The notes beneath the pieces were generated by a model. The model was given only the letters and a program-made list of their open reading frames with translations. It was not told the DNA's origin and did not search any database. The position numbers were made by a program, and so were the translations under genes. This document shows, one piece after another, positions 42,915 through 43,971 of a stretch of DNA of 43,971 nt. The first letter of the stretch is position 1. Each line of letters begins with the position of its first letter. Source of the DNA: a virus (Duplodnaviria > Caudoviricetes); IMG/VR virus record IMGVR_UViG_3300036520_000013, positions 1 to 43,971 of that record; one strand, given 5' to 3'.

Positions 42915-43971
42915 CATCCGCAAGAACAGCGCCGGGGTATGGTATGCCTCATACCGATCCACGGGCGTTCTGCTGGGCAAAGCAGATGGCCGCGAAGCTC
43001 TAGCCGCGCTGATGGAAACGCCAGAGTTCCTGCAAGCCTATGTCTTGGCGCAGACAGGCAAGCGCAAGATCATCTACCCAGACGGCACGTTCGGGGCGCT
43101 CGTGGACTGGTATCAGACCAAGCCCGAATGGACCGGCCTCGCGGAACGGACGCAGGCCGACTATCAGAAGGCCCTTAACTTCCTCGAGCCCGCCTATGCC
43201 TACTCCGCATCGGAGATTGAGATGGCTGATGTTGTGGAGCTGCGGGACCAAGCATCGGACGAGCACCATGCCAAATTCTCTGACACGGTTGTTGCGGTCA
43301 TGTCGGCTGTGTTCCGCACGGCCTGCGATGCTGGAAAGATGAAGGCCAACCCCGCCCTTGGCGTGAAGCGGCTCTACAAGGCCGACAAGGACGCGAACAG
43401 GGCATGGAAGCCCCACGAGTGGGAAACGGCCCTTCGGCTCGCGCCGGCACACCTGCGGGCACCGCTGGCGATTGCCAGATGGGCCGGTTTGCGCGGGCAG
43501 GACATAGCCGTGATCAAGTGGGAAAGCTACCGCGACGATCCCGACATGGGGAAAGCCTTGGTGTTCGTCCCGCTAAAGAACGGCGAGGAAGTCGGGGAAG
43601 TGACTGTCGGCGTCTTGCCGCAACTCAGGGCGGTGCTGGACGCGATGAGCGACGGCGTTTTGCCATCAGCTCCGATCTGCCGGAACAGTCGCGGCATGAT
43701 CTACCCTTCGGCTAATGCGCTGCGAAAGGTTTGGCAGGACTTCAAGGCGTCGAAAGCCTTCAAGGCCGCCCTGCCCGATTCATCAGATTTGACGCTGCAC
43801 GGCTTGCGCGTAACGATGGCAAGCGAGCTGCGCGACAACGGTTTTTCAAACCGCGCCATTGCTGACGCCCTTGGTGATCTGAGCGAGAGCATGGGGCAGC
43901 GATATTCACGTGGCGCAGAGCAGCGCAAAACGAGCCTTCGGGTATTCAGGAAGATGGCAAAAGGTGCCTGA
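42886..43971 (+). CDS. int: Tyrosine integrase (start TTG 42886 or GTG 42895)
   Basis: GLRGQD, KNG, HGLR and QRY catalytic residues; NP motif. Confidence 0.93.
   Translation: MPAVKLKGLNIRKNSAGVWYASYRSTGVLLGKADGREALAALMETPEFLQAYVLAQTGKRKIIYPDGTFGALVDWYQTKPEWTGLAERTQADYQKALNFLEPAYAYSASEIEMADVVELRDQASDEHHAKFSDTVVAVMSAVFRTACDAGKMKANPALGVKRLYKADKDANRAWKPHEWETALRLAPAHLRAPLAIARWAGLRGQDIAVIKWESYRDDPDMGKALVFVPLKNGEEVGEVTVGVLPQLRAVLDAMSDGVLPSAPICRNSRGMIYPSANALRKVWQDFKASKAFKAALPDSSDLTLHGLRVTMASELRDNGFSNRAIADALGDLSESMGQRYSRGAEQRKTSLRVFRKMAKGA

Larger units (their letters stand above)
1..43971. mobile_element. Temperate HK97-like siphophage (prophage or complete genome), probable alphaproteobacterial host
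   Basis: Complete modules: integrase/xis, CI/Cro switch, replication, terminase-portal-protease-capsid, tail, lysis. Confidence 0.97.

Noticed and set aside
43900-43971. attL/attR or terminal repeats
   Set aside because: The window ends at the int stop codon and starts at an ATG; no matching end repeats are visible

Overview
The window is one essentially complete ~44 kb temperate siphophage (prophage or circular genome trimmed to gene boundaries: it starts at an ATG and ends at the integrase TGA). The host is probably an alphaproteobacterium (Rhizobiales-type), inferred from DUF2312/GapR, RcGTA-like spike-base proteins and promoter style. Minus strand, right to left: Cro, early and replication genes, RusA, a C5 DNA methyltransferase, a NusG-family antiterminator, late promoter, HNH/terminase/portal/protease/HK97 capsid, a head-decoration cluster (spike base, SGNH esterase, beta-helix protein), neck and tail genes (with a -1 frameshifted chaperone), tail fibre, GH19 endolysin and holin-like genes. 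Plus strand: CI repressor, then an early operon (Nmad5, Bet, HNH, DUF1364, DUF4326, Xis, Int), plus several morons. The most striking feature is a 540-aa ORF (40444-42066) built from about 9 unrelated 35-60-aa modules joined in frame by near-identical and chimeric ~25-55-bp DNA repeats, resembling a recombination-shuffled cassette array. Also notable: a nested alternative-frame ORF inside the methyltransferase, an in-frame amber between a head-fibre anchor peptide and the SGNH esterase, a mini-ORF copying the tape-measure C-terminus, a GNAT in the tail module, and a secreted clan GH-A glycosidase moron. All family calls come from motif recognition by eye; no searches were run.
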